Positions 52,143 through 64,000 of a stretch of 64,000 bases of DNA are shown piece by piece. The stretch covers positions 129,456,001 to 129,520,000 of the forward strand of contig OX597814.1 in NCBI GenBank assembly GCA_951406725.2, written 5' to 3'. The position numbers and the translations under genes were made by a program. The notes beneath the pieces are model-generated. The model did no database searches, was not told the origin of the DNA, and was given only the letters and a program-made list of their open reading frames with translations. The stretch comes from Octopus vulgaris. Its lineage: Eukaryota. How positions within the stretch are numbered: the stretch's first letter is position 1; every line of letters starts with the position of its first letter.

Positions 52143-53199
52143 AACACACGAAATTCATGCAGTCATGTCAAACTAATTCTGTCTACTTATATGAAAATAT
52201 TCTGACTGAAACAATGGAGAAGGCTCTGTGTAAGTCGTTCGGTCTCCTAGAAAATGCAGTCAAATTTCCCTCAGTCTACACCACCGTCTTAATGCAGTCC
52301 TATATACAAGATATGATGGTATGGTCATGGCTGAAACGCCTCTGATCATAGGGTGATATCAATCAGAGCTGATTCGGAGCTGAACAATAAGGTAAATGAC
52401 AATACCAGAAAAAGACTGTATATGCATACGTATACATAAATATATGCTAAAACTAGCAAGAGTACATAGTCACACACACATATATATATATATAAATAAA
52501 TGTATGCTGAAGGCAATAAGAGAGTGTATATATACATATATGTAAATATATAGTATACAGGAGAGTGTATATACATACATATCTAAAAATAGATACTAAC
52601 CAGAAATGAGCGTGTATAAAACAAAGTGTTTAACACATACAAATACACGTATGTATAAATATACGCTAAATCTAACGCATACATAAGTATACAAAAATAT
52701 ATACTGAAACCAGAAGGAATCGGTAAATATATTTAACAAAAACATTTCGTAATATTTTGGAATATCCAATCTTAAAAGAAAGATTAACGCGAAAACGGAG
52801 ACCTTTATCATAAAAGAAAAATAAAATGGTTAAACTGTGGTTAAACCAATATTGGTTTTTTAGGGGTAAAAAAAGAAAGAAGACAATATTTTGTTTAAGT
52901 AGAGAAGTTGCACTTAATTCAATCATTACCTCAGTATATTACTGATACTGACTATCGATCTGGAAAGATTACAATGTCAAAGCAAAACCAAAGAGTATTA
53001 AAAGAAATATTTTTTCAGATATTTGTAAAGGTTTTTTTTCTTTCTGCTTTTTTTTTTTCTATCGAACCACAGTTAATGTTTTCACTGAAGATTAAAATAT
53101 TTATCTACAAACTACAAAAAGACATTTAATTTTAACAATATAGATATGTATGTGTGTATGAATGTAGTTATGAATGATGGACAAAAAAAAGGGGCTTAC

Positions 53200-53347
53200 A
53201 TGATATGACTTCCACATTTGGACTCTCCGGAGTGCCAGCTTTTGAAGTGGAATCCCAACTGAGATGGAATGAAGTGAGAAGGACAACACTAGGCCTGCCA
53301 TCAACATCAAGATTTCCGTACAACAAGATGTTTTGGTCGGCAGCCAT
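53200..53347 (-). CDS. First coding exon of a putative ceramide kinase-family (CERK/CERKL-like) gene, N-terminal PH-like domain
   Basis: ATG in good context (TATAAT-ATG-G). 148 nt open: MAADQNILLYGNLDVDGRPSVVLLTSFHLSWDSTSKAGTPESPNVEVIS +1 nt, then donor GTAAGC (53199-53194), phase 1. ILLYGNLDVDGRPSVVLLTSFHLSW resembles the CERKL N-terminus [25 protein letters not shown] (recalled from memory, not searched). Confidence 0.68.
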
Positions 53348-53705
53348 ATTATACAAACACACCGACTTTACTATGAGGAGAGAGAGTGAGAGACACTGGT
53401 GGATAGATAGTAATATAGTGAGAGGAAGAGAGAAAGTGTAATGTATGTGAGAGAGAGAGAAAAAGAGAGAAGCAAATGAAAGAGTGAGGGGAAGAGAACG
53501 TGAAAATGAGAGACAGTGTTGCTGAGAAACGAGTAGCTTGTAATTTTTAACCAGTTAAAGATAAGAGGCTCTCAGCTGAATGCAATGGATTCGCCACCCA
53601 CACGTCTTATATAAGGAGTAAAAATAAAATTTGCAAATTTGAACACACACTCACACACAAACATAGACACACACACATACATACATGGATACATACATAC
53701 ATACA

Positions 53706-53738
<33 letters not shown>

Positions 53739-53751
53739 CCATATATATATG

Positions 53752-53808
<57 letters not shown>

Positions 53809-54164
53809 ATATGTATGTATAGGTAGTGGAGTTCTGAAAGGAGTCTCAGGGAATATTGTCCCTGCTTTTCTGAGCTAGATTTTCACCACATTACTTATAA
53901 ATCGTGATAGAGGCCTTGGTCTTAGGGCCACTAATGTCTAGAAACTGAGGTTGGGGATAAGTAAGAGCATGCTCCCCGTAGAAAATACAGCTCCAAAAAA
54001 GCCTCATTATAGAAAAGGGGAATGGGCACTAGCCAGCCCAAAGGTTGGGGTGGGCTGCACCTGCCTACCTTGGTTGGTATGGGTTCGAGGTAGACCTGCC
54101 CCTGCCCCTGTTAATGGGAACAAAACAAAGATTTAAAATACTGGGTGATGATAATGATGATGAT

Positions 54165-54204
<40 letters not shown>

Positions 54205-54210
<6 letters not shown>

Positions 54211-54385
54211 ATCCAAACAAAAAAACACAACAACGCGAGGACGTGGAACAAATATAGTATTATTGGACGCTCAGGAAAGAAGGGAAGAAGGAGGGTTTAA
54301 TGTTTCGAGTGGAGCTCTTCGTCGGAAACATAGGAGAAGGGAAGACAGAGGAAAAAAAAATCGCCAACGGTACACACGAGGTCAC
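54205..54385 (-). mobile_element. Short Penelope-like non-autonomous repeat with a minimal hammerhead-like motif (54295-54329)
   Basis: GTTT-CCGACGA-AGAGCTCCACTC-GAAAC-ATT-AAAC, embedded in (TA)n. Confidence 0.5.
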
Positions 54386-54428
<43 letters not shown>

Positions 54429-54884
54429 TATGTATGTATGTATGTGTGTATGTATGTATGTATATATCCTATGTAACTTGCTTGTCAATGGTGTATATAC
54501 ATTAAGTATGATATTGATAGCTATGTGTGTGTGAGCGGATATACATATGTATGTGCACACACACACATACACCTAGATGCTTATGTATGCATGTATATGC
54601 ATAAGAATATATATATGGAAAATGGTTGTTAAATAATGATGATGCTACTGCTGATGTGTATGAGTGTGAATGACCAAGATGTCCTATAGTGCCTCATCTT
54701 GCCCTATGCACTCCACAGTGCCCTGCTGTAACCGCCCTCTTCTCTGTTGAAACCGTTCTGGTGGTTTCTTCTGTAGAATCAGCTGGATCCAGTCTTCATA
54801 TGCATAGGTAGGCAAGCCCTAACTTTCCAAAGGTTCAAGACCGGTCGGCCCACTCCACCCCATGATGACTAGATGGTCTTCGTT

Positions 54885-57107
54885 GCATCTGTGAATGGGA
54901 GAAACAGAATCTGCCGAATGTTGACCCAGCAGAGGGACCAGCTATCCGAATTGACAGTACCTTGGTAGATAAAGCAATTAAGTGTATGAAGACAGGGAAA
55001 GCCACCGGCCTGTCAGAAATCACAGCAGAGATGCTTAAGATATCTGGCAGGTAGGCTACATTCTAGTTACCTGTATAGTTAATCAGGTAACACACGAAGG
55101 AGTCATACCCAATGACTGGTGTAGCAGCATCATAGTCAACTGGTACAAAGGTAAAAGTGATGCATTAGATACAAATAATTACAGAGGTATCAAGCTGTTG
55201 GATCAGGTAAGGAAAATAACATAGAGGGTTATACCCCAACTAATTAGGGAGAGAGTCAGTCTAGATGCAATGCAGTTTGGGTCTGTGCCAGAGAAAAGTA
55301 CCACTGATGCTATATTTCTGGTAAGACAGCTGCAGGAGAAATACTTGGCCAAAGAAAAACCTCTGTACCTAGCTTTTGTTGACATGGATAAAGCGTTTGA
55401 CAGGGTCCCCCCTATCCCTTATCTGGTGGTCAATGAGGAAACTAGGGATAGATGAATGGTTAGTGAGAGCTGTACAAGCCATGTACAGGAATTCTGTCAG
55501 TAAGGTGAAGGCTGGCAATGAGTACAGTGAATCATTCTGGGTAGAGGTAAAGGTCCACCAAGGATCAGTCCTCAGCCCCCTCTTATTCATCATAGTCCAG
55601 AAGAATTCAAGACAGGATGCCCCTGGGAGCTTCTCAATGCCGATGGCCTTGCTCTAATAGCTGAGTCACAATCAGAACTAGCGGAGAAGTTTCAGGTGTG
55701 GAAGCAAGGTCTAGAATCGAAGGGCCAAGAGTCAACCTAGCAAAAACCAAATTCTTAATAAATAGTAAGGCTGACAAACTACAACTCCCTTCAGGTAGAT
55801 GGCCTTGCTCAATCTGTAGAAAAGGCATAGGTAGAAACTCCATTAGATGTACCCAGTGTAAGCCATGGACACATAAGAGGTGCAGTAATATCAAAGGAAG
55901 GCTAACTAGGAAGATAGTTTTTGTGTGGGGCAAATTCTCAGGAGCAATAAACACTGAAAATGTGCAGAGAACAGCTTCCATCACATTCCAGGGAGAAAAA
56001 CTACAAGTAGTTGATAGCTTCCATTACCTAGACGACTAAGTCAGTAGCAGGAGTGGATGCTCTAAAAGTGTAGCTGCTAGAATAAAAATAGCCTGGACAA
56101 AGTTCAGAGAGCTCTTACCTCTGCTGGTGACAAAGGGCCTCTCGCTAAAAGGTAGAGTAAAAGGTAGACTGTATGATGCCTGTGTGTGAACAGCCATGCT
56201 ACATTGCAATGAAACATGAGCTGTGACTACTGAGGACATGTGTAAGCTGGCAAGGAATGAAGCTACACTGGATGTGTAATGTCAGTGTGCATACACAACA
56301 GAGTGTAAGTGCCCTGAGAATATAGATGGACATAAGAAACATCAGATGTGGTGTGCAAGAGAGACAACTGTGCTGGTACGGTCATGTGTTGTGAATGGAT
56401 GAGGACAGATGTGTGAAAAAGTGTTACACCCTAGCAATTGAGGGAACCTGTGGACGAGGTAGACCCAGGAAGACCTGGGACGAGGTGGTGAAGCATGGCC
56501 TTTGAACATTGGGCCCCTCTGAGGCAATGACAATTGACCGAGACCCTTGGAGATATGCTGTGCTTGAGACCTGGCAAGCCAAGTGAGACTGTAAACATGG
56601 CCTATGCCAGTGCTGCATAACCAGTCCATTTAAGAGTACCCTTCAAACATTGGGCAATAATCTCTGCTTGTGAAGTCCTGTTGAGGCAAGTGAAATTGTT
56701 GTCGTAGCTGATTACAGTACCGTCTGACTAGCACCCATGCCAGTTGAATGTTAAAAGCACCATTAAAGCATGGTCATTGCTAGTGCTGCCTGATTGGTTC
56801 CTGTGCCAGTGGAATGTAAAAAGCACCATTTGAACATGGTCGGTGCCAGCATCTCCTGACTGGCTCCTGAAGCACCATTTGAGCATGATCGATGCCAGTA
56901 CCGCCTGACTGGCCCTCATGCCAGTAGCACATTAAATCACCCACTACACTCTCGGAGTGGTTGATGTTAGGAAGGGCATCCAGCTGTAGAAACTTTGCCA
57001 GATCAGATTAGAGCCTGGTGCAGCCTTCTGGCTCACCAGCCCTCAGTCAAACCGTCCAACCCATATCAGCATGGAAAGCGGATGTTAAGCGACAATGATA
57101 ATGATGA
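54885..57107 (+). mobile_element. 5'-truncated, degenerate RTE-clade LINE (RT fragment, internal Cys/His finger, tandem-unit 3' UTR, (ATG)n tail)
   Basis: QFGSVPEKSTTDAIFLVRQLQEKY..LYLAFVDMDKAFDRVP; VHQGSVLSPLLF; decayed YADD (LLNADGLAL); WPCSICRKG..SIRCTQC..WTHKRCS; frameshifts and stops; ends GATGATGAT. Confidence 0.93.
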
Positions 57108-57129
57108 TATATATATATATATATATATA

Positions 57130-57322
57130 TCATCATCATCATCATCATCGTTTAACGTCTGTTCTCCATGCTAGCATGGGTTGGACGGTTCGACCGGGGA
57201 TCTGGGAAGCCAGAAGGCTGCACCAGGCTCCGGTCTTATCTGGCAATGTTTCTACAGCTGGATGCCCTTCCTAACGCCAACCACTCCGTGAGTGTAGTGG
57301 GTGCTTTTTACGTGCCACCTGC
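57130..57322 (-). mobile_element. RTE LINE 3' end inserted in a (TA)n tract, tail-to-tail with the long LINE
   Basis: (CAT)n plus reverse-complement terminal block; (TA)n on both sides. Confidence 0.87.
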
Positions 57323-59309
57323 ATATATATATATATATATATATATATTCCTCTTGTTTTCTTTTTCAGAATACAGGGTACCCTTATCACTTCTTTGCCA
57401 TTCTGACATCCCCTTTAATCACTGTCATTCATATCACTATCACTCATGCTTCTCACTCTGTAAAACAAGCAGAGATGTAAGATTATGAGGTCTCTGTAAT
57501 CATGTCAGAGACATAGTGACATAGCTACATCTCTTGTGATTGTGTCATGAAAAATGTACTTTGTACACTTTGCAAAGTATGAAATTGTGAGTGTACTTTA
57601 GTCTTGTTGAGTCTCTGGAAGAGGCACCATGAAAAACACCAAATACTCTTTGTAACGTGATTGGTATTAAGAAGGGTATCCAGTCATAGAAGTCAATTTA
57701 AAATATGATATGCATGCAAGATGAATTCCTTTAATTTAAGTGTGCAGCACCCTCAAGTACAACTGGCTCTAACTGTGATGGCTCATTGAATCCATTCCAG
57801 CATTAGTGAATTATCATCATTCCAGTTAGTATACTTAAACATTTTGGGAATGGTAACCAGACGACTCAATATAAAAAAATTGTTAAGAAATTAATGCATC
57901 AAAGTCCAAACTAATTAAAATTAGAAATAGATTAAGTGTAGAGGGGCAGGATAATCTGGTCCTTTGCAGACAAAGGTGACAACTTTTGGATATGTTTTTG
58001 TCTTATTAGACCTCCTCAACAAAGCATAATTATTCATGCCTGCCATATTCATGAAAACAGAAATATTTTTGCATATTATATATGTGGGCACTATGAAAGC
58101 TTCTTGTTGTTGTTGCTGTTGTTCTTGTTCTTGTTCTTGTTTTAGCTCACAGTTATCCCTAATTAAGTAAGCTTAAAATAAAAAAAGCATTTCAACTGAG
58201 TAGCATAAGTTTCTGCAGCAAGTTGACTTTAGTTGTGTAATGACCACTGGTCAATTACCAGGCAAACCATCTATATGCACCTAATCATCTGTCAAAGAAC
58301 TGGTGCCAAAGACAAAATTGTTTGTAACATTCCAATATGGGATTCTAACTAGCTAATCATCTGTTATGTTTTCCTATTATGTTTTCGCTGGTCACCCAGC
58401 AACTGATAAAAACAAGCTCTTAATGTGTTTAGCAGAGATCTGAATGGTTGACTGTTTGCTGACGTCATCACTCACCAACAAAATCTTGTTTCGGTGTTTA
58501 CATTTGCATTCACATCCCAGCACAGCAATTCAGGTTCAATTCCGAGGTAATGAGTTAGTGTTTGGAATTCTGCCAATATTTCTAGTACAGTGGTATATTT
58601 AGTCTTCTCAAAGCATGTTCCGATGAAAATGGATCTTTTTTAATCTAAAAGTCTGTCAGCTGAGAAAGTGGGTTACTAAGGAACGGTTTAGCACCACTAA
58701 ATTTAGTGTTAGTGATTTGGTACAGCTTATTTTGAATGAGACCTACTTGGTAATGGGATGGTTTGGTTGCTGAAAAAACGCTTTATTCAACACAGCATAT
58801 TGGTTTTCAATAGTTTTACCATTTCAGGAATCTTAAAAGGTATATGAATGCTCATAATTACCAAATGAAAAATTAAATAAGGCTGTATATTTTGTTATAG
58901 TATGACCTTTAGGCAGTCTATAGACATGTTATGTAAAGGGGGATAACTCCATATTTTTAATTCTATTTCAATATATTTTAATATTTCATAATTCCGCCGA
59001 GATCGACTTTACCTTTTACCCATTTGGGGTCGATAAAATAAGTACCGGTTGAGTATTGTGTGTGTGTGTGTGTGTGTGTGTGCCTTCTGCTCCAAAATCG
59101 GTTACCGCTACAAACAGATTTTTCAACCACTGTTTACTATATCAGTATAGGCTGGTTTTGTCTTAGCATGCAATTACTAAAGGATGCTTGTTACTAAGAA
59201 AGCGCAAAGAGACAGAAGTACGTATTTAGCAGTGGTTCCAGCGTTGCTGGACGATTCAGTTATCAGGCTTTAAGCAATATATATGCTAAGATTATGATAC
59301 ACTGATTGT

Positions 59310-59377
59310 TCTCTGTCTGTCTGTCTGTCTCTCCATCTACCTCTCTTTCTTTCTCTTTCTCCCCCTCACTCACTCAC

Positions 59378-59471
<94 letters not shown>

Positions 59472-59600
59472 AACATATATATGTAGAGAGAGAGAGAGAC
59501 ATAGGTAGATACATACATACGTACATACATATATACATATATATATACATACATACAAACATACATACTTACATACTTAATATATATGTATATATATAGA
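59310..59600. repeat. Compound (CT)n(AT)n(AC)n/(ATAC)n microsatellite
   Basis: Direct read. Confidence 0.9.
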
Positions 59601-59602
59601 CT

Positions 59603-59825
59603 TTTTCTTTTCTTTTTTTATTTGTTTCAGTAATTTGGCTGCGGCCATGCTGGAACACTGCCTTTAATCGAAGAAATCGACCCAAAGACTTATTCTTTGT
59701 GAGCCTAGTACTTATTCTATTGATCTATTTTGCTGAACCGCTAAGTTATGGGGACATAAACACAGCAACATTGGTTGTCAAGCGATGGGGGTGGAAACAG
59801 ACATACAAACATATACATACATATA

Positions 59826-59870
<45 letters not shown>

Positions 59871-60023
59871 ACAACAGGCTTCTTTCAGTTTCCATCTACC
59901 AAATCCAGTCACAAGGCATTGGTTGGCCTGAGACTATAGTAGAAGACACTTGCCCAATGTGCCACGCAGTGGGACTGAACCCAGAACTATGTGGTTGGTA
60001 AGCAAGCTACTTACCACACAGCC
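59603..60023 (-). mobile_element. SINE family A
   Basis: Head, body and tail between (TA)n tracts. Confidence 0.88.
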
Positions 60024-60367
60024 AATATATATATATATATATATATATACTATATACTTGCACATGCCGCTGCTTCCTACTGCCCCTGCCAACAACAACC
60101 TGATTGTCTTCTAATCGCCATGTGGTCTATTTCCTGTTCTCTATATGGTCAATTTGCTGTTCACCAAGTGGTATTTTCCAACTGACTGTTACCCATAAAC
60201 CAACATCAAACTACGACACCACCGCATGACCTTCCTCAACGAATCATAGCCCACTTTACGGTAATAACAGTCAACTTCTGTCATTCAAATTCAAAATGGC
60301 AGACAACTAATATCACACTTGAAACTCAAGAGTACCAATGAACTTGAATCAAACTGTTTTGATCCAT

Positions 60368-60864
60368 ATCATCATCATCATCATCACTATCATTGTTTAA
60401 CGTCTGCTTCTCTATGCTAGCATGGGTTGAATGATTTGACTGAGGACTGGCAAACCAGATGGCTGCACCAGGCTCCAATCTGATCTGGCAGAGTTTCTAC
60501 AGCTTGATGCCCTTCCTTAATGCCTTATATGTATATAATAAAGTGGCTAAGTTCCTTTTGGGTGTTGAGCCAAGACCTCTGGCATTATGTCGTGCTTGAG
60601 AAGAAGACCCATCAAGCCTAGCAAAATCGCAGTTGTGGCTGACCCTGGTGTCACACAAATGGCACCCATGCTGGTGGCACGTAAAAGCACCCATTACACT
60701 CTCAGAGTGGTTGGTGTTAGGCAGGGCATCCAACCGTAGAAAACCATACCAAATCAGACTGGAACCTGGAGCAGCCTTCCAGCATGCCAGCCCAGTCAAA
60801 CTGTCCAACCCATGCCAGTATGGACAACAGATGTTAAATGAAATGATGATGATGATGATGATGA
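60368..60864. mobile_element. Two oppositely oriented RTE 3' ends (60368-60517 minus, ~60555-60864 plus)
   Basis: (CAT)n at left, (ATG)n at right, terminal blocks in both orientations. Confidence 0.8.
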
Positions 60865-61411
60865 TATATGTATATATATATAGAGAGAAAGAATGAGAGA
60901 GAAAGAGAAAGAGAGAAAGAGAAAGAGAGAGAGAGAGAAAGAGAGAGAGCTGCACATTAATATTTTCAATGATTGCAAGGGCTGTAATTACTATAATCTA
61001 TTTTCATAGATTTCATAGCTTTTACAAAACAGATATTCTTCTTACCACTAATCACTAAAAAGTAGGTCAGGTTTTTAAAGGAATTTTGTTTCTTTTTTTT
61101 TTAATTAATTTAAAATTTTCATTTTTATTTTTACAACACAGATCATATAAAACAGCGTTAGAAGAACATCCTCCCTGGGATGTGATTAGCATTCTCTCCT
61201 TTCCTACATTCTCATCCTATTTCTATAAAGCATGAGTCTATGACAAATAATCATATTAATTTGCTTAATTAGGGTAAATAATGGTATGATACTCTTCATA
61301 CATGTTTCACTGCATTTATGACTAATCAAGGAGTAAAATTTAACACTGTTATCCACTTCAGGTTGTGAAACTAATGTTAAGTAGTTTAGGACTTATGAGA
61401 CATCTCTATCT

Positions 61412-61685
61412 TGTGTGTGTATGTATGGGTGCATATGTATGTGTGTATGTATGCGTGTATGTAAGTATGTTTTGTGTGTGTGTATATATGTATATACATA
61501 CATATATATATACACACACATACACACATCAACATGTACACACACATATACATACATACATATATATATATATATGTGGTGTGTATGTATATATACATAT
61601 ATACATATACATATATATATATATACATACATACATACATGCATGCATATATACATAAATACATATATATATATATATATATACA
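61412..61685. repeat. Degenerate alternating purine-pyrimidine microsatellite
   Basis: Direct read. Confidence 0.9.
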
Positions 61686-61888
61686 TTTCTTTACTACCCA
61701 CAAGGGGCTAAACATAGAGGGGATAAACAAGGACAGACAAACGGATTAAGTCAATTACATCGACCCCAGTGCGTAACTGGTACTTAATTTATCGACACTG
61801 AAAGGATGAAAGGCAAAGTCGACCTCGGCAGAATTTGAACTTAGAACGTAATGGCAGACGAAATACGGCTACGCATCTTGCCCGGCGT
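61685..61888 (-). mobile_element. SINE family B
   Basis: Same core and tail, within microsatellite. Confidence 0.88.
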
Positions 61889-62010
61889 ACACACACACAT
61901 AAATTATGCATGAGACAATGAAACCCAATAAAACAGCATAACATATATACATATATACATGCATGCACACATACTCACACACTCACACACACACACATGC
62001 ACACATACAC

Positions 62011-62043
<33 letters not shown>

Positions 62044-62065
62044 CATGCATGTTTGTTTAAATATA

Positions 62066-62908
62066 TATGTGTACATCAATAAGTATCCAGACTGGTGCCA
62101 TAGTAACGAATCTAAAGCATACAGAGAAAAGTTGCTTAGCATAGATTGACCTTGAACTCTGCTGTGCTTGCACGTTAAGTTTTAACATTCTAGCTCACTA
62201 CTGCTGTTTGCAGCAGTGCTTGGAAGGAAGGTGTGTAGCGCGTGATTGTCGCATTGAACGTGACACAGAAAGTTGTCATGGCAATACTTGCTCAAAGTTG
62301 CAGAAAGTTCAGTCATTTCCAAAATGGCCGAAAAAATGTCGATATTGATGAACATTCTGGGGGACCCGCAACCAGCAGAACTGAGAAAGACATTGCTAAA
62401 GTGTGTGTAGCTGTGAGGGGGAAATTGTCGAATCACCATCCGCGAGTTATAAGAGGATGTACAGATTAGTTACAGTTCAGTTCAGTCCATTATCACTGAA
62501 GATTTGGGTATGAGACGTATGTCTACCAAGTTTATGCTAAAACTGCTTTCAGCTGACCAAAAAGACACTTGGGTTTCAGTTGCACAAGATCTCTTTGAAT
62601 ATATCAAGAATGATAAACAACGTTTTGAAAACTTTCCATAGGCCTCTGAGTAGGTATCACCAAGCTTTTGGCAAAACTTGATACAGACTCTCTGCTCAAA
62701 TTTCTCTGTCATGGTCAATGCAACAATCACACACTACACACCTTCCTTCCAAGCACTGCTGTAAACAGTGGAAGTGAGCTAGAATGTTAAAACTTAGTGC
62801 ACATGCACAGCTTAGTGGATGGTCAATCTGTGTCAAGTGGTTTTATTTTGTGTGTTTTAGTTTCATTATTATGATAACAGTCCAGATACTTATTGATCAG
62901 ACCACATT
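62066..62908. mobile_element. Fold-back mariner derivative with ~200-bp inverted arms
   Basis: Ends ATCAATAAGTATCCAGACT / AGTCCAGATACTTATTGAT; arms mutually complementary. Transposase N-terminus MTEKFEQRVCIKFCQKLG on minus; FQNGRKNVDIDEHSGGP..EDLGMRR on plus. Confidence 0.85.
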
Positions 62909-63477
62909 TATCTGTATATGTATACATGTGTGTGTGTGTGTGAATGTGTGTGTGTGTGTGTGAATGTGTGTGTGTGTGTGTGAATGTGTGTATGTATGAT
63001 TTTGTCTCCTTGTCTTGACATCATGTGATAATCGTAAATGAGTCTCACTCTCATACAAGCAGTGTCATTTATTTCCCATATTCTGTGAAATCATGTCCAG
63101 CCATCGGAAAATACTACCTTCCTTGGAAATAAGTGTGGGTTGGGGACAAATAGGCATCTAACCATTGAAAATCTGCCTCAGTAATTCCATCCAACCCATG
63201 TAGGCATGGAAGAAAAGGATGTTCAAATGACGACGACGACGACGATGATGATGATAATGATGATGATGATATATATATAATGCACAAAAAGTTCAAAATT
63301 CAAACAAATGAAATAACCTTAATCAATTCAATGCCCATTTGTGCGTGAAATAAAATTGCAAATATATTCTTTCTTTATTATTAATGCAAGATTAAAAAGA
63401 AAAGAGTAGGAAGGAGTCTCCTGAAGGACTCCTTCATGGTTTGTTCCTCACAGAAGGATCATTTCATGGTTTGTTCC

Positions 63478-63852
63478 TCAGAGAAGACATACTCAGCTTC
63501 CTTCCCCAATCAGTGGCACAGATCAACTTTAAAAAGTATTCATAAATTAGGTTTGCACAGTAGTGGCTAACCTAATTTGCACTGTTATTTCACATATCAA
63601 TAGCTTAGAAAGAATATGGTTACATTCTTATATAATCCCCAGTGAGAAGTTGCAAAGATTGAATCTATTTCATTTTAAATTTAAAGGCTTTGTTGTGCAT
63701 AAAATTTAGTTTAATTAATGACTAGCCAGCAAAGACATAATATAAGCTATACTAGGTTATCCTTTAATATACTTCTTTAATTTATGATTGCATATTATAA
63801 CAGTTAATCTATGCTATTGATTGAGGAAGGAAGCTGAGTATGTCTTCTCTGA
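63478..63852. repeat. 51-bp inverted repeat pair (63478-63528 / 63802-63852)
   Basis: Outer 28 bp TCAGAGAAGACATACTCAGCTTCCTTCC are perfectly complementary; five transitions in the inner part. Confidence 0.9.
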
Positions 63853-64000
63853 TGATTGGTCAATAAACAAGGAAATGGTCTATCAGAAGACTCACCCTCC
63901 TTTTCTTTTCTATGCACATCAGTAACACAATAGGAATGTGTTAATATTCTCATTTAATCCACTGTTGGTCACACCTTGTCCCCATCAACTTCCCACCTGG

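Noticed and set aside
61365-61749. Multiple YI/CV/HT-rich ORFs here and at other (TA)n/(CA)n tracts
   Set aside because: Microsatellite translations.

Overview
AT-rich, repeat-dense eukaryotic DNA with many (TA)n/(CA)n/(GA)n/(ATG)n microsatellites. The repeat families (tRNA-derived SINEs, Deu/Nin-domain SINEs, (ATG)n-tailed RTE LINE ends) match what I recognise from coleoid cephalopods, most likely Octopus; this is an inference. No prokaryote-type genes, rRNA, true tRNA or CRISPR arrays are supported. The best host-gene signal is on the minus strand: a first coding exon at 53347-53200 and a phase-compatible second exon at 12268-12079, together encoding a ceramide kinase (CERK/CERKL)-like N-terminal PH domain across a ~41 kb intron. 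The rest is mainly decayed transposons: RTE LINEs, three or more SINE families, mariner/Tc1 copies, MITEs, Helitron/Helentron derivatives, and Gypsy and Hero fragments. The most interesting unexplained structure is RNA-like: (i) tandem ~60-67 nt units in the RTE 3' UTR, each folding as a hairpin plus a compact H-type pseudoknot; (ii) hammerhead-ribozyme-like motifs, two with a CCGANGA core; (iii) close inverted repeats that are candidate ADAR substrates; (iv) a CpG-retaining zone at 42-46.7 kb with non-coding exon-like segments. Repeat boundaries were read by eye and are approximate unless termini or TSDs are given.
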